64,000 nt of DNA from Eledone cirrhosa (Eukaryota): the NCBI GenBank assembly GCA_964016885.1, contig CAXHJY010000268.1, forward strand, positions 1 through 64,000, read 5' to 3'. Of the stretch, positions 49,856 to 63,160 are shown one piece after another. The translations under genes and the position numbers were made by a program. The notes under the pieces were generated by a model. It had not been told where the DNA came from. It ran no database searches and worked only from the letters and a program-made list of their open reading frames with translations. Numbering within the stretch: position 1 is the first letter of the stretch; the number at the start of each line of letters is the position of its first letter.

Positions 49856-49901
49856 TGTTGAACACGTTTTCAGATAAGAAATCTTGCAAAACAAATACAA
49901 A

Positions 49902-49939
<38 letters not shown>

Positions 49940-50297
49940 TGCGTGTGCGTAACTTGGTTCACAAACTTAAATTCCTGGAGATGTTACATCACCTGAAATG
50001 TTCATTTTATCATACAAAATGTAGAGAGAGAGAGAGTTAAGGTGAGGGAGAGAGAGATATCACCATAGTAACTAACTACACAGAAAATTACACTTTCCCA
50101 CCAATACTCCCAGCTTGTTGCCAACCGCTGTTGCCGGCTTATGTATTCATTATTTGAGACAGCATTCATGAGCCAAGGAGTTTTATGTTCAGAAATATAG
50201 TTCTTGAACTGATTTGTTTGTCTGTCTGTCTGTATATATATCATCATCATCAGTCCGCTTTTCCCTGCTTGCAAGGATGGGACAGGAACTGATATAA

Positions 50298-50339
<42 letters not shown>

Positions 50340-50415
50340 GGTGTTGGATGTTCAAAGCATCCGTAAGCGGCAGACCGTTTGAGCACTCGATGCCCTCGTA
50401 GAGCAGAGTATGATA

Positions 50416-50632
50416 TCACAGAAAAAAGAGAATCAGTGTTGCGACGAAAGGAATTTATTGGGCATATATTACAATTGTTTCTCGGGCGACCAGCTCGAGG
50501 CACGATCGATGTGGTGATCAAACCTGACTGAAATCGCGTGGTCCTCGGATACGTCTCGATTATACGAAGTAGATTTTCCTATTGGAAATAGGAAAATCTG
50601 CTTCGTAGAATCTGATTCTCTTTTTTCTGTGA
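50416..50632. mobile_element. Fold-back with 21-bp terminal IR, an internal 21-bp hairpin and a degenerate hammerhead-like motif
   Basis: tcacagaaaaaagagaatcag / ctgattctcttttttctgtga; hairpin at 50563-50607. Confidence 0.6.
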
Positions 50633-50838
50633 CATATATATATATATATTTACACACACACAGTTCTTGAAAATTGTATGTGGTGATCAAAAAGCACAAG
50701 TGATCAGTTAAACATACACACACATACATACATATACATCCATATATATATATATATATATATACCATCATTATCATCATCGTTTAACTTCCATTTTCCA
50801 TGCTAGCATGGGTGTGTGTGTAAATATATATATATAAG

Positions 50839-51184
<346 letters not shown>

Positions 51185-51338
51185 TAATGATGTATACACA
51201 GTACGTCACAAGTACAAATCTCACAAGTGATCAACTAAATATACATAAACACACGTGTGTACATGTATATATACACGCGTGTGTACATGTACACGCGTGT
51301 ATACATGTATATACACACGCGTGTATACATGTATATAT

Positions 51339-51789
51339 GGTGGCTGCCAACTCGTTTTCGAGTACGGCCACTACTTTATATCCATGTAGGAGAACCCCTA
51401 CCGATGCGCTGAACAAGTGTGACTTTTTAGTCCAGCCAGCGACTTGAAAACTCTCGTACAAACACTACACTTGTGACAATTATTGACACATAGTGCTGGA
51501 CCCATGGTACCAACCATGTGACGACAAGTGTAGAGAGATCTCCAGATATAAAGCAATGCCTGTGCCGTGAAGCTTTTATAGTGAGCAAAGGCACTGCACA
51601 AAGCCAGTCCCACTCTCTTAACCAAGATGATATTTACCAAAAAGAAGAACAAGTCAACATCATTGGATACCATCAGGGTTGCAGGTGTTATATCAGAGTT
51701 TTCCTTCTCCTAGAATTCTGCCTTGACAAAGGCTAAGGGGTCATCTCTCCCGGTGATTTTGGATGGCCATTGACTCTTAAGAGCTCCTT
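51339..51789 (-). mobile_element. Family R element, copy 5, 5'-truncated
   Basis: Collinear with the 3' ~450 bp of family R. Confidence 0.85.
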
Positions 51790-52145
51790 GTATATATACA
51801 CGCGTGTATACATGTACATATACACGCGTGTATACATGTACATATACACGCGTGTATACATGTACATATACACGCGTGTATACATGTACATATACACGCG
51901 TGTGTACATGTACATATACACGCGTGTGTACATGTACATATACACGCGTGTGTACATGTATATATACACGCGTGTGTACATGTATATATACACGCGTGTG
52001 TACATGTATATATACACGCGTGTGTACATGTATATATACACGCGTGTGTACATGTATATATACACGCGTGTGTACATGTATATATACACGCGTGTGTACA
52101 TGTATATATACACGCGTGTGTACATGTATATATACACGCGTGTAT
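51790..52145. repeat. 24-bp quasi-palindromic minisatellite, ~15 copies
   Basis: cacgcgtgtgtacatgtatatata repeated. Confidence 0.95.
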
Positions 52146-52864
52146 ATATATATACACACATGTGAGTACACAGTACTTCACAAGTGATCAATTAAATATT
52201 CATAAATACAATTTTATAGGATACAGAAATAATTGTTTACTTCCTACCATCACCACCACCACTTCTACCACCACCACCACCACCACCACTACTACAACCA
52301 CTACTACTAACACCACAATAACAATTACCACTACGACCACCACCACCTCCTCCGCCACTACTACCACCTCTACCACTACCTCCTCTACCACCACCACCAC
52401 CACCACTACTACTACAACCACCACCACCACCACTACTACTACAACCACCACCACCACCACTACTACTACAACCACCACCACCACCACTACTACTACAACC
52501 ACTACTACTAACACCACAATAACAATTACCACTACGACCACCACCACCTCCTCCGCCACTACTACCACCTCTACCACCACTACCACCGCCAACACTGCTA
52601 CAACTGTTATTCCAAAGAAGTTTAAAGTATTGGCAATTTGGAATCCACTGTTAGTTGTGTATCAAGGTAAACACAGCAATAATTATACACACTAATGTGT
52701 GAGTGTGTGTATATATATATACATACGTGTGTGTGTATATGTATGCATATATGTGTATAAATATGTGTGAGAGTGTATGTTTGTATGTTTGTGTGGACAG
52801 TGAAAATCACTTAACTAAAGTGACTGCTTCCAATTCTGGAGAGGTTGATGTTATGATGATGTCA

Positions 52865-52898
<34 letters not shown>

Positions 52899-53344
52899 CG
52901 GTGATAATGATGTTGATAATAATGATAAAGATGATGATAATCATAATGATGATGTCGGTGACGACGGTGTTGATAATGATGGTGTTGATAATGATGATGA
53001 TGATAATGTTTGTTTTCAAGACTATCAATTATATGAAGGAACTTCAGAGTGGTCTAATTTGATTTGTAAACTATATTGTTGGTAAAATATATCTTTTAAG
53101 TACCTGAATTGCCAAAGAACAGAGCTACATTGATGTGTCTGTCTGTCTGTCTGTCACTGTCTGTGTGTGTGTCTCTGTGTGTGTCTCTATGTGTGTCTCT
53201 ATGTCTCTCTGTGTGTCTCTCTGTGTATGTGTGTGAGAGAGAGAGAGAGATGTGATATGATATAAAGACAACATGAAACTCATAAACCAATCAATGACAG
53301 AGAAATAGAGGATGAAAGAGCATGAGAGAGAGAGAGAGAGAGGT

Positions 53345-53620
53345 TGAGAAAGTGAAAAGAAAGTGAAATACAGGGTGAAGAAAGAAAGAGAGAAAGGGTA
53401 GAGAAGGATGTCTTTGGTAAAAAAAAAAATCATTTTATGCTTGTTTTCTTGGATAAGACTTCAATACATCCTATAACTTGTAGTAGAGGTTTAATGGACC
53501 TTGTCTACCACATCCTATTGGAGAAAACAGGCATTTTTTTAACCAAAGATATCCTTTATCTCTCTCACCCTTTCTTACTTCACCCTCTATTTCACTCTCT
53601 TTTTTTTACTTTCTCTCTCT
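53345..53620. repeat. Degenerate fold-back, ~100-bp arms
   Basis: gtgaaatacagggtgaag...aaggatgtctttggt...atgcttgttttct versus agaaaacaggcat...accaaagatatcctt...cttcaccctctatttcac. Confidence 0.7.
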
Positions 53621-55224
53621 CACCCTATATTTCTTTGTTTACCACAACATCCCCTAACATGTGATCCTTCATAAGGTTCCACTTTCTTGGATTATGTCTC
53701 ACCATTTCACCACAGTTGTTCACATATCCTTCACTACACTCTCCTCTCTCTCTCTCACACACACACATGCAGACACACACACTAAGGATCAGGTCCTTAG
53801 CCAAAATATGCTTTTTATGCAGAGAACTACAATAATGAGCTTTGTACAGTTAGTTGATCAGAGTTGTGTTATAAGATGCAAGTTGCCTGTTGCAGAGTCA
53901 TTAGATGCACAGATGTTAGTTGCAGAGTTGAGAGTTACCAGTTGCAGAGATGCTAGATGCACAGATGCTAGTTACCAGTTGCAGAGATGCTAGATGCAGA
54001 TGGCCAGTCTATAATTATATCTGATTTTCTGGCACAAAAGAGAGACACAAACAAAACTAAGCCAGGCAGAAGTGATTCTTGGATAAAAATTACTCAGAAG
54101 AGAAAGAAAAAACTTATGAAAATCAATAAGGATTCCATGATAAAAGGACGGGAAGGAAGAAGGAATGAGGCAAAATCTGAGGAGGGCATGAGTAAGTAAT
54201 GAGATCAAATATATGAATGAGATCAATACAAAAAAGAGAATTTTTGGAAAAGCAAAGACTGGAGTGCAAAGAAATCAATAAAAGTTTCTTCTGTAATTCG
54301 AGAGAGAGAAACCTAGCGAAATTGCATATTCTGGTGCAGTGTAATAGTGCCAAATTGACTGAACAGACCAAAAGGGAACAGTAGAGAAATGAATGAACAA
54401 TTTTGGTACAAGTATATGGATTGAACAATTTTAGTACCAATCTATGAAATCAAATAGTTTTGGTACAAATATACGAACTGAACAGTTTTAGTATAAGTAT
54501 ATGAAATCAAATAGTTTTGGTACAAATATAATTGAACAGTTTTATTATAAGTATATAAAATCAAATAGTTTTGGAAACAGTGTACTATATCAAATAGTTT
54601 TAGTACAGATATATGGAATCAAATAGTTTTACTGCACGTATACCACCAACACTACCACTATTACCAACTACACTACCACCATCACCCAATATAATTTAAA
54701 TACTGATTATATGTATCCTGTTTATATATATATGTATGTGTGTGCATGTGTATGTGTGTGTGTGCATGTATGTATGTGTGTGTGTATGTGTGTGTGTGTA
54801 TATGTATATCATCATCATCATCAAACCAACTGTATCCCTGAATAGTGTAAGAGGTGACTAAGAGAGTTGGCATCAGGAAGGACATTCAGTTGTAAAATAC
54901 TGCCTAGAAATGACCAACTTATGCCAAGTTTGAATGATTATGGTATACTAGACATTGCAGAAGTCTTGTCAGTACACAAAAGCTTATCTAATGTTATGGA
55001 TTTTATTCATCCTACTTATTCAAATTTCATTGGCTGGCAAAACAACAACATCCGTGAGGGATCATTATTAAAATTACAAATTTCCGAAATAGTATATTTT
55101 GGGTGAATATTTACAGTATTGTTATATAAGTGATGTCCAAAAATGATCAAGTGTCTTATTCCTGGATGTTCACATCATCATCATCATCATTTTATCATCA
55201 TCGTCATCATCATTAGCATCACCA

Positions 55225-55550
55225 CTTTACAGTATGTACTGGGTGTATTTTATCATAGTTCCAGTACTACCACATTACAGTGTACTGGGTGTATTTTATC
55301 ATGACACCAACACCACCATTTTACAGTATGTACTGGGTGTATTTTATCATAGCTCCAGTACTACCACATTACAGAGTGTACTGGGTGTATTTTATCATGA
55401 CACCAACACCACCATTTTACAGTATGTACTGGGTGTATTTTATCATAGTTCCAGTACTACCACATTACAGAGAGTACTGGGTGTATGTTACCATGGCACC
55501 AACACCACCATTTTACAAAGTAAACTGAAGTATTTTATTATGACATTAAC
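55225..55550 (-). repeat. ~44-bp tandem repeat derived from the RTE 3'UTR unit
   Basis: cagtgtactgggtgtattttatcatgacaccaacaccaccatttta resembles the reverse complement of taaagtggacgtgtaggcgccacgaaaaagcacccagcactcactg (~14843-14888). Confidence 0.7.
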
Positions 55551-55821
55551 CTACTAATTTTATCCAAGTATGAACACTTCAAAACAGGTAGTTATATACC
55601 ATAAAACAAAGTGCCTTTCATGTGGGTTGGTAGCAAGAGGGTTAATATTAAACAGTATAAAATGATGCTTGCATGTGAAGTGTGATGCTGCATGGTAGTG
55701 AAACATGGGTAGAGACTGTAGAGGTCATGCATAGGCTAGAGAGACAAGCATGTTTTGATGGATGTGCAATGTAAATGTGAGAGAAAGGCAGAGCTTGAAT
55801 AAACTGAGGGAGAAGCTGGGT

Positions 55822-56276
55822 TTAACCCTTTAGCATTTAAACCAGCTGTATTCAGCCAGAATTCTCTAACCTCTTTCTGTTTAACCCTTTAGCATTCACA
55901 TTACTCTATATATACTATTGTATTTTGGTAGTAAACACTTTATCTTACATAATTATCTCACATAATATCGAATCTATGAGATTTTGATGTTATTTATCTT
56001 GAGAATAATACCTTAACATCAGTATGAGTGGCCAGTTACAGCTGATTTGAATAGAAAGAGGTGAGACATTTCTGGCCGGATATGGCCGGTTTGAATGCTA
56101 AAGGGTTAAACCAGCCATAATCTGCCACTTATACTGATGTTAAGGTATTGTTCTCAAAATGAATAACATCAAAACCTCATAGCTTTTATATTATGTGGGA
56201 TAATGATGTGAGATAAAGTATTTACCGTGAAATTTACAATAGTAAATACAGAGTAATGTAAATGCTAAAGGGTTAA
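55822..56276 (+). mobile_element. Outer TTAA (piggyBac-like) MITE
   Basis: TTAA-ccctttagcattt ... aaatgctaaaggg-TTAA. Confidence 0.9.
55881..56109 (-). mobile_element. Inner TTAA MITE, same family, inverted
   Basis: TTAA-ccctttagcattca ... tgaatgctaaaggg-TTAA. Confidence 0.9.
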
Positions 56277-56939
56277 GTGGAATCCAGGATGATGTGCAGG
56301 AGAGAAGACTGTGTTGGTATGGACACGTGATGTGCATGGATGATGATCACTGGGTGAAGAAGAGCCAAGAAATCCCAGTAGAAGGAAGCTGCAGTAGTGA
56401 CAGACCAAAGAAGACTTGAGTGGAGGTGGTGATAGCTGATTTCAAATCACTGAAACTCACAGAGATGACAAAGGAATGCAACAAATAGAGAGATGCTGTG
56501 CTGAGAAGGATCCGACTAATCCATACAATTGTAGAAATTGAATGTAAAAACAATGATGATGATGATGATGATGATGAATAGTAGCAATGATGACAATGGC
56601 AGCATTTATAATGAATAAAAGTCTTGAGAGGCTCTGCTGATGAAATCTAAAATGCTCGTAGCTTAAACAGTTCGATAAATGTATTATCAATTTAGCAATT
56701 CCATCTCATCTTTAATGGAATAAAGAGGAGAATAAACAATCTAATAACATAATAATATTGACAGCTGAATTATTCTTTATGTCCGGCTAGAGTAAAAGAT
56801 ATAAAGTTAATAAACTGTAGACAACCAACTATACTGACAGATTTCAAGACAAACTTCATCATATCCATGTTTCCAAATATATTGTGTATATAGCTACTGT
56901 ATGAGGCTATATAATGAAATTATAGATGTATAACCATAA

Positions 56940-57236
56940 ATCTGCTGGATCAGAACTGATAGTTAAAGCTTGACCCGAGGCTACAGAAAACAACTAACGA
57001 TGTATCACCAAAGGCCTGCTGGATCAGGGCTGACCTTGGCCTACACAACAACTAAAGGTTACCAAAGAACTGATAGTTCAAGGCTGACCTTGGCCTACAC
57101 AACAACTAAAGGTTACCAAAGAACTGATAGTTCAAGGCTGACCTGGGGCTACACAACAACAACTAAGGTGTACCCCATAAATCTGGTGGGTCAGAGCTGA
57201 CCTGGGACTACACAACAACAACTATAGGTGTACCAT
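56940..57236. repeat. ~55-60-bp degenerate tandem repeat
   Basis: gctgaccttggcctacacaacaactaaagg recurs about 5 times. Confidence 0.8.
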
Positions 57237-57239
57237 ATG

Positions 57240-57300
57240 CAGGGCCGGATTTAATGGGAGTGGGGCAAGGGGAGCAATTGTCCTGGCCCCCTGCAGTGCC
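57240..57300 (+). mobile_element. Possible left end of a hAT-like DNA transposon
   Basis: cagggccggatttaa...ggggcaaggggagcaattgtcctggcccc resembles common hAT MITE starts; no right TIR seen. Confidence 0.35.
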
Positions 57301-58127
57301 GGTTGTAGCAATTAGCAATTTATTTGTGCCCTAAGCTGGGTTTTTAGTTTTAGGATAGTTAGAATATTTGAATTTAATACCTTTATATATAACTTATCAA
57401 TTCCAATTACTTGCACCAAGCTGACTTTGATATGTAAAATTGTGAGTTTGTAGTGTAGTCTAAATTCAACCTTGACCATAGGTCAGCTGGATCAAGATTG
57501 ATGAGAGGCTACAACAACATATGACCATGAGAGACCACAATTAAACAACATGACCATGACAAAACAAGACACCAACAACACACCACTACCTCCAACTACA
57601 CCACCACCACCTATACCACCACCAACTACACCACTACCACCACCACCTCCAACTACACCACCACCACCAACTACACCACCACCACCACCCTATGACCATG
57701 ATATACCACAACACAAAAATCCCACAACAATATAACAACAAAAACAATAAAAGTTAGGGAAAGAAGGGAAAAGGAAAAGAAAGGAATCTGAATAATAACT
57801 ATATACACAGACACACATACATACAGCCACACACACACAGAGGCACGCACGCACACACACGCACACGCACACACACACACACACACACACACTATATATC
57901 TAGGACAGTAAACAATATAAGATGACTAATAATATATTTAAGTCCTTAACATACACTTTATAATAAACCATACAGCTGTAATGCTGGGTTGGTAGGGTAG
58001 CTTACACACACACATATAGGTAAAACATACACAGACATATATATATAGACACAGACACATATATAGGTAAAACACACACACACACACACACACATATATA
58101 CACAGACACACAGACATATATACAGAG

Positions 58128-58166
<39 letters not shown>

Positions 58167-58562
58167 ATGGAGGCACGTGGCTTAGTGGTTAGAGCATTGG
58201 CCTTACAATCGAAAGGTGGTGAGTTCAATTCTCAGACCGGGTGATGTGTTGTGTCCTTGAGCAAGACACTTTATTTCACATTGCTCCAGTTTACTCAGCT
58301 GTAGAAATGAGATGATAGGTCTAGGGTCCCTATCATTCCACTGCAAAGTGGTCGTGGAGGTGCCACGGTTAAAAAGCACCCAGCCCACACTGTAAAGTGG
58401 AGGTGTAGGCGCCACGGCAAAAAAAAGGTCCCAGCACTCACCGTAAATAAGGTTGGTGTTAGGAAGGGCATCCAGCTGTAGAAATCAAGCCAGAATCAGT
58501 TCCCGTCCCACCCTTGCAAGCAGGGAAAAAGCGGACATAAAATGAAATGATGAATGATGATA
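58167..58562 (+). mobile_element. Family C SINE with two tail repeat units
   Basis: As 43094-43432, plus an extra ~46-bp unit also present in the LINE at ~14820-14870. Confidence 0.9.
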
Positions 58563-58800
58563 TATATACAGATATAGACACACAGTACTTTTTAACTATG
58601 CTTACACATTCGTTACATTGTAAAATACTTCAGTTTTTTTCCTGTCAAACAACATTATCATTGTCTAACATCCTGTTAACCCTCCTAACAAGGATTGGAC
58701 ATGTCGTCATGGACCAGTTAGTACTCAAATTGAACATTTGACCTCAGGTGTGTCAGGGAACTGGACATACAAACCTATGCTCTTATAACTGTATTTTCTC

Positions 58801-58990
58801 ATAATTGTTTCTACTTTTGGCACAAGGCCAGCAATTACCCAGTGCATTACTGGTACTTTATTTTATCGACTCCGCAAATGATGAAAGGCAAAGTTAACCT
58901 ACGTGGGATTTGAACGCAGAATGGCAAGGGCCGTAACTATGCGTCAAAGCATGGCATCAGACCCTTTACTGATACTGCCAATCCACCACC
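58801..58990 (-). mobile_element. Family N SINE inserted at the tail of the next copy
   Basis: TSD ctgtattttctcataat at 58789-58805 and 58992-59008. Confidence 0.88.
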
Positions 58991-59004
58991 CCTGTATTTT
59001 CTCA

Positions 59005-59184
59005 TAATTGTTTCTACTTTTGGCACAAGGCCAGCAATTACCCAGTGCATTACTGGTACTTTATTTTATTGACCCCGTAAGGATGAAAGGCAAAGTTAAC
59101 CTCAGCCGGATTTGAACTCAGAGCATAAAGGGCCGTAACTCTTTGCTGCAAAGCATGGCGTCCGACCCTCTACAGATACTGCCA
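59005..59184 (-). mobile_element. Family N SINE
   Basis: Same body; TSD ctcataat at 59001-59008 and 59185-59192. Confidence 0.88.
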
Positions 59185-61008
59185 CTCATAATACCATCAC
59201 AACAGAGGTTGTCATGTCTATAACATAACTGAAGGGTCCTCCAAATCTTTGTTTGGCTGGTTTTCTATAGTTGGATGTCCTTCCTATCACCCACCACTTT
59301 ACAGGGTGTACTGGGAGTATTTATCATGTAAAACACTAGGGTGGTTGCTAAAGGTACTGAAACCATGTGTTATTAAGTAAACACCTTAACCACACAGTCA
59401 TTCCAGGCCATGGTTATGAGGAGGACTGAACGCGACTGGCATGTGTGTCTGGTGGTGAACATGTTCAGCCCCCCTTCTCTATCAAGTGACAATGAATAAT
59501 TCTACATTTGTGTGTCTCATGTAGGATGACTCATGTACACACATGGCTTGCGTGCTCTGTCTTTACTATAACTACTCTGTTTTGTACAACATAAACGACT
59601 TTATGCAGTTGAACTATTATACAGTTGGGTGTCTTGAACAGAGAGCCTAGGGTTTAACAGACCAATTGTCCATGTTATGTTTTGTTCAATTTAAAATGGT
59701 CAGATTCCAAATATTTCCAATCAAAGCTAAATATGTGTTTTTTTATAATTCAATAAATTTATGTAATGTTGTAGAAGTAAGTATAAAGTATTAACTATTT
59801 ATTTTACCAGGTCACACACTACAGACTTCTCATGTTATCAAGACTGCTAATAATTACAAGTTAGACTAGTGGAACTAATAGTTTCCTTTAAAAGTTACTA
59901 TTGATTAGGGCTTGACATAACAGGTGGTGGTGGTGTGGAGGGGATGGTGGGTGGTGGTGTGTGGTAATTAATGATATGGTTGTGTATGCGTTTGTGTAGT
60001 AAAAAGTGATTAGGAGTGGGTGTACGTATTTGTGTGTGTATGTGTAGTATGTGTATATGTATGCATGTATGTGTATGTGTGTTGTATGCACATGTAGTAA
60101 ATAGAACCAATTGTATGGCTGTGTGTGTATTTAGTCAATAGTCAGTGGTATGGTGTGCGTATGTGTGTGTTTATATGTATGCATATGATCCTGAGTTGTG
60201 TCAAGGAAATCGCAACCTCTCCTGTGTTTAGTGATCTATACGATAAACACACTCAGTACATGCTGTAAAGTGGTTGGTGATAAGAAGGGCATCCAGCCAT
60301 AGAAAGCTTAGCAAACAAGAGTTAAGAGGACTTTTCAGTTGTGTCAAAGACATGACAACCTCCCCTATACACTCAGTAGAATGAAAGACTGTACATACAT
60401 GAGATGCAGATCTCTTGGCCTGTCTGGGCAGTCAGTAACCCTGCTCCAGTGCTGACTTGGTCTATGTAGACCCATCCAACCCTTGCTAGCAGGGAAACAG
60501 ACGTTAAAACAATGATGATTATGATGAATGTAACCCAAAACCAGAAACCTGGCCAAAATACTTGCATCAATGATCTCTGCTAAAGGCACCAAAGGGCCAC
60601 GGATTTGAACTCAAAATGTAAAGAACCCCATCTCAGATCAGCTGTATATGTATGTATATATATAGACACACACACACAAAGACATGCAAACACACACTCA
60701 TACATGTGTGTGTTTGTATGTATATATACATGCACACACTCACACATACAAGCAAATACAACATATACACTTACACGTATGTGTGTGTGGATATGCATGC
60801 TAATTACAGGGTGAATGGGAACATATAATCTTTTAGCAAACGGTCTTGGGAGAGGGTGGGGGGGGGGCTATATAACAATAATAGCAATAATAATAATAAT
60901 AATAATCTTTTAATATCCATCATTATTTCTATTAATCCCCTCCATCAGCTTATAAGAGCTTCTACTGGACTGGTTGTATGGAAAATTCTAGGAGATGCAG
61001 ACATGCAT

Positions 61009-61119
<111 letters not shown>

Positions 61120-61668
61120 AATGCTGTCATACACACACTGACAAACACACATGCACACATACAAAAGCAAATACACATGCAGGCTTACACGTACACAAAG
61201 GCGCACATGCATATATACCGTCATACGCACACATTGAGAAACACATGCATAAGCATGCATATATGAAGACATGCACACATAGATGCACAAAAACATGCAT
61301 ATATGCAGACACATGCACAAACATGAACACATACAAACATATGCTGAGACAGGCACATACACACTCAAACTAACATGCAAACAGACACACACACAAACAC
61401 ATATATGCTGACACAGACATGCACAAGCACACATATGCAAACAAACATGTATGCAGACACACACAGACACGCAGAAACATATGCAAACAGACACACAGAC
61501 AGACACACAAACACACAGAAATACAAATACATATACAGAAAGCTAGGTCAGATTATGTAATAGATTATCTGAAACATGAAGTAAAAGAAGGAGATACGAG
61601 GTTGGCTTCCTCTGTTGTTCCACATCACTGGGGTTTGTTGGTTTGTTGTTCATATTTATATTAACATA

Positions 61669-62047
61669 AGGGCGGAAAATTAGCAGAGTTAGAACATCAG
61701 ATGGAATGTTTTGTGGTATTCATTTCATCTCAGTTCAAATCCTGCAGAGGTCAACTTTGCCTTTCATCCATTCGAGGTTGATAAAAAAGTACCAGTCAAG
61801 TACTGGGGTCAATTCGTCCTTTATATTTCTTTCACACTTTCTCTTTATCTCTGCTTCTCTGTGTTCAAATCCCACTGAGGTCATCTTTGACTTTCATCTA
61901 TTTGAGGTTGACAAAAAAAGTACCAGTCAAATACTGGGGTCGATTCTTCCTCTATATCTCTTTCTCACTTCCATTCTCTCACTTTCCTTCTCTGGAAGAA
62001 GTCTGCTGTATTCAAACCTGGAGAGGAGATGGGTTCCACCAGGTTTT
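61669..62047 (+). mobile_element. Older Nin-domain SINE(s) with a duplicated B-box/Nin segment and an alternative tail
   Basis: gttcaaatcc...gaggtcaactttgcctttcatccattcgaggttgataaaaaagtaccagtcaagtactggggtc occurs twice. The tail ccttctctggaagaa.tctg...tggagagga..tgggttc also occurs at ~37520-37630. Confidence 0.7.
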
Positions 62048-62050
62048 TAA

Positions 62051-62160
62051 ATAATTGTTTCTACTTTTGGCACAAGGCCAGCAATAACCCCAGTGCATTA
62101 CTGGTACTTTATTTTATCGATCCCGTAAGGATGAAAGGCAATGTTAACCGCGGCGGGATT
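62051..62160 (-). mobile_element. Family N SINE, 5'-truncated
   Basis: ataattgtttctacttttggcacaaggccagc... Confidence 0.85.
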
Positions 62161-62364
62161 AGAAATGTTGTATGGCGCCCCAACAACTCTCTCTGAAGCC
62201 ACAGGTTCATGCATGCATATTAATATATATATATCATCATCAGACAAACATACCAACACATATACACAGACAGACATACATACATACAGACATACCGACT
62301 AGACACACCAACACAGACATACCAACACATACACACAGACAGACACACACCTTACCAAGCTTAC

Positions 62365-62421
62365 CTGTGTGATACGAGTTTATATTAGGTAAATATAATA
62401 GATCTGTGATTTGACCTGCTT
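62365..62421 (-). CDS. Candidate 57-nt phase-1/phase-1 internal exon of an unidentified host gene
   Basis: Acceptor tcttgtttaaaactcttccctAG and donor CAG|GTAAGC. Only the phase-1 frame is open (xAGQITDLLYLPNINSYHT). Confidence 0.3.
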
Positions 62422-62548
62422 CTAGGGAAGAGTTTTAAACAAGATATATAATAGTGGCTGTGAATGAGTGCATGGATGTGTGTGTGTGGAGTGTGTGTAT
62501 GGTGTGTGTGTAGAGTGTGTGCGTGTGTGCGTGTGTGCGTGTGTGCGC

Positions 62549-62628
<80 letters not shown>

Positions 62629-62645
62629 AGTGTGTGGAGTGTCTG

Positions 62646-62679
<34 letters not shown>

Positions 62680-63160
62680 GTGTGGAGTGTCTGGAGTGTG
62701 TGTGTGTATTTATTAAGGTATACATGTCAGTACATATTAGCATATGTGTCGGACTATTTTTATGTGTGAAGATGTGTTTATCGTTTTATAATACTGAGGG
62801 CAGAAAACCTTCGCCTGATCCATGTCTAGGATGGAAGACACTTTCCCAGGGTGTTATAATGGTGGGATTGAACCCAACACTTCCTGGTTATGAAGCAAAC
62901 TTTTTAACCACTCAGCAATGTAATATAATTATATCTTATTAATACAGTTTATAGGATAAGCTATTATAGCACGAAACAGAAAATTTCTCCCCGCCCCAGA
63001 GGTTGTATCACATAAGTGTTTTCTTGTGTTTTAAAGATAGGAGCCCCAGTCAGTCTTATCGTGTTATAGCCCACACCTGCATAATTTTACAGGCCTCCCA
63101 TAAGGTTATATTTAATAGGGGGCTTAACCACACACCACCTATACTACATAAAGTGAACTC

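Larger units (their letters stand above)
55650..56577 (+). mobile_element. Old RTE LINE 3' fragment interrupted by nested MITEs
   Basis: MLHGSETW...; removing the MITE gives EKLGLSGIQDDVQERRLCWYGHVMCMDDDHWVKK...RPKKT; (gat)n tail. Confidence 0.85.

Noticed and set aside
54310-54360. miR-96-family-like seed (tttggcact) on the minus strand
   Set aside because: No convincing precursor hairpin
54867-55106. 79-aa non-repetitive ORF
   Set aside because: Begins in a decayed RTE-tail repeat at a non-ATG codon; no recognisable motif or clear splice signals
56634-56675. CTGATGA hammerhead half
   Set aside because: No properly placed GAAA, stem II or stem I partner
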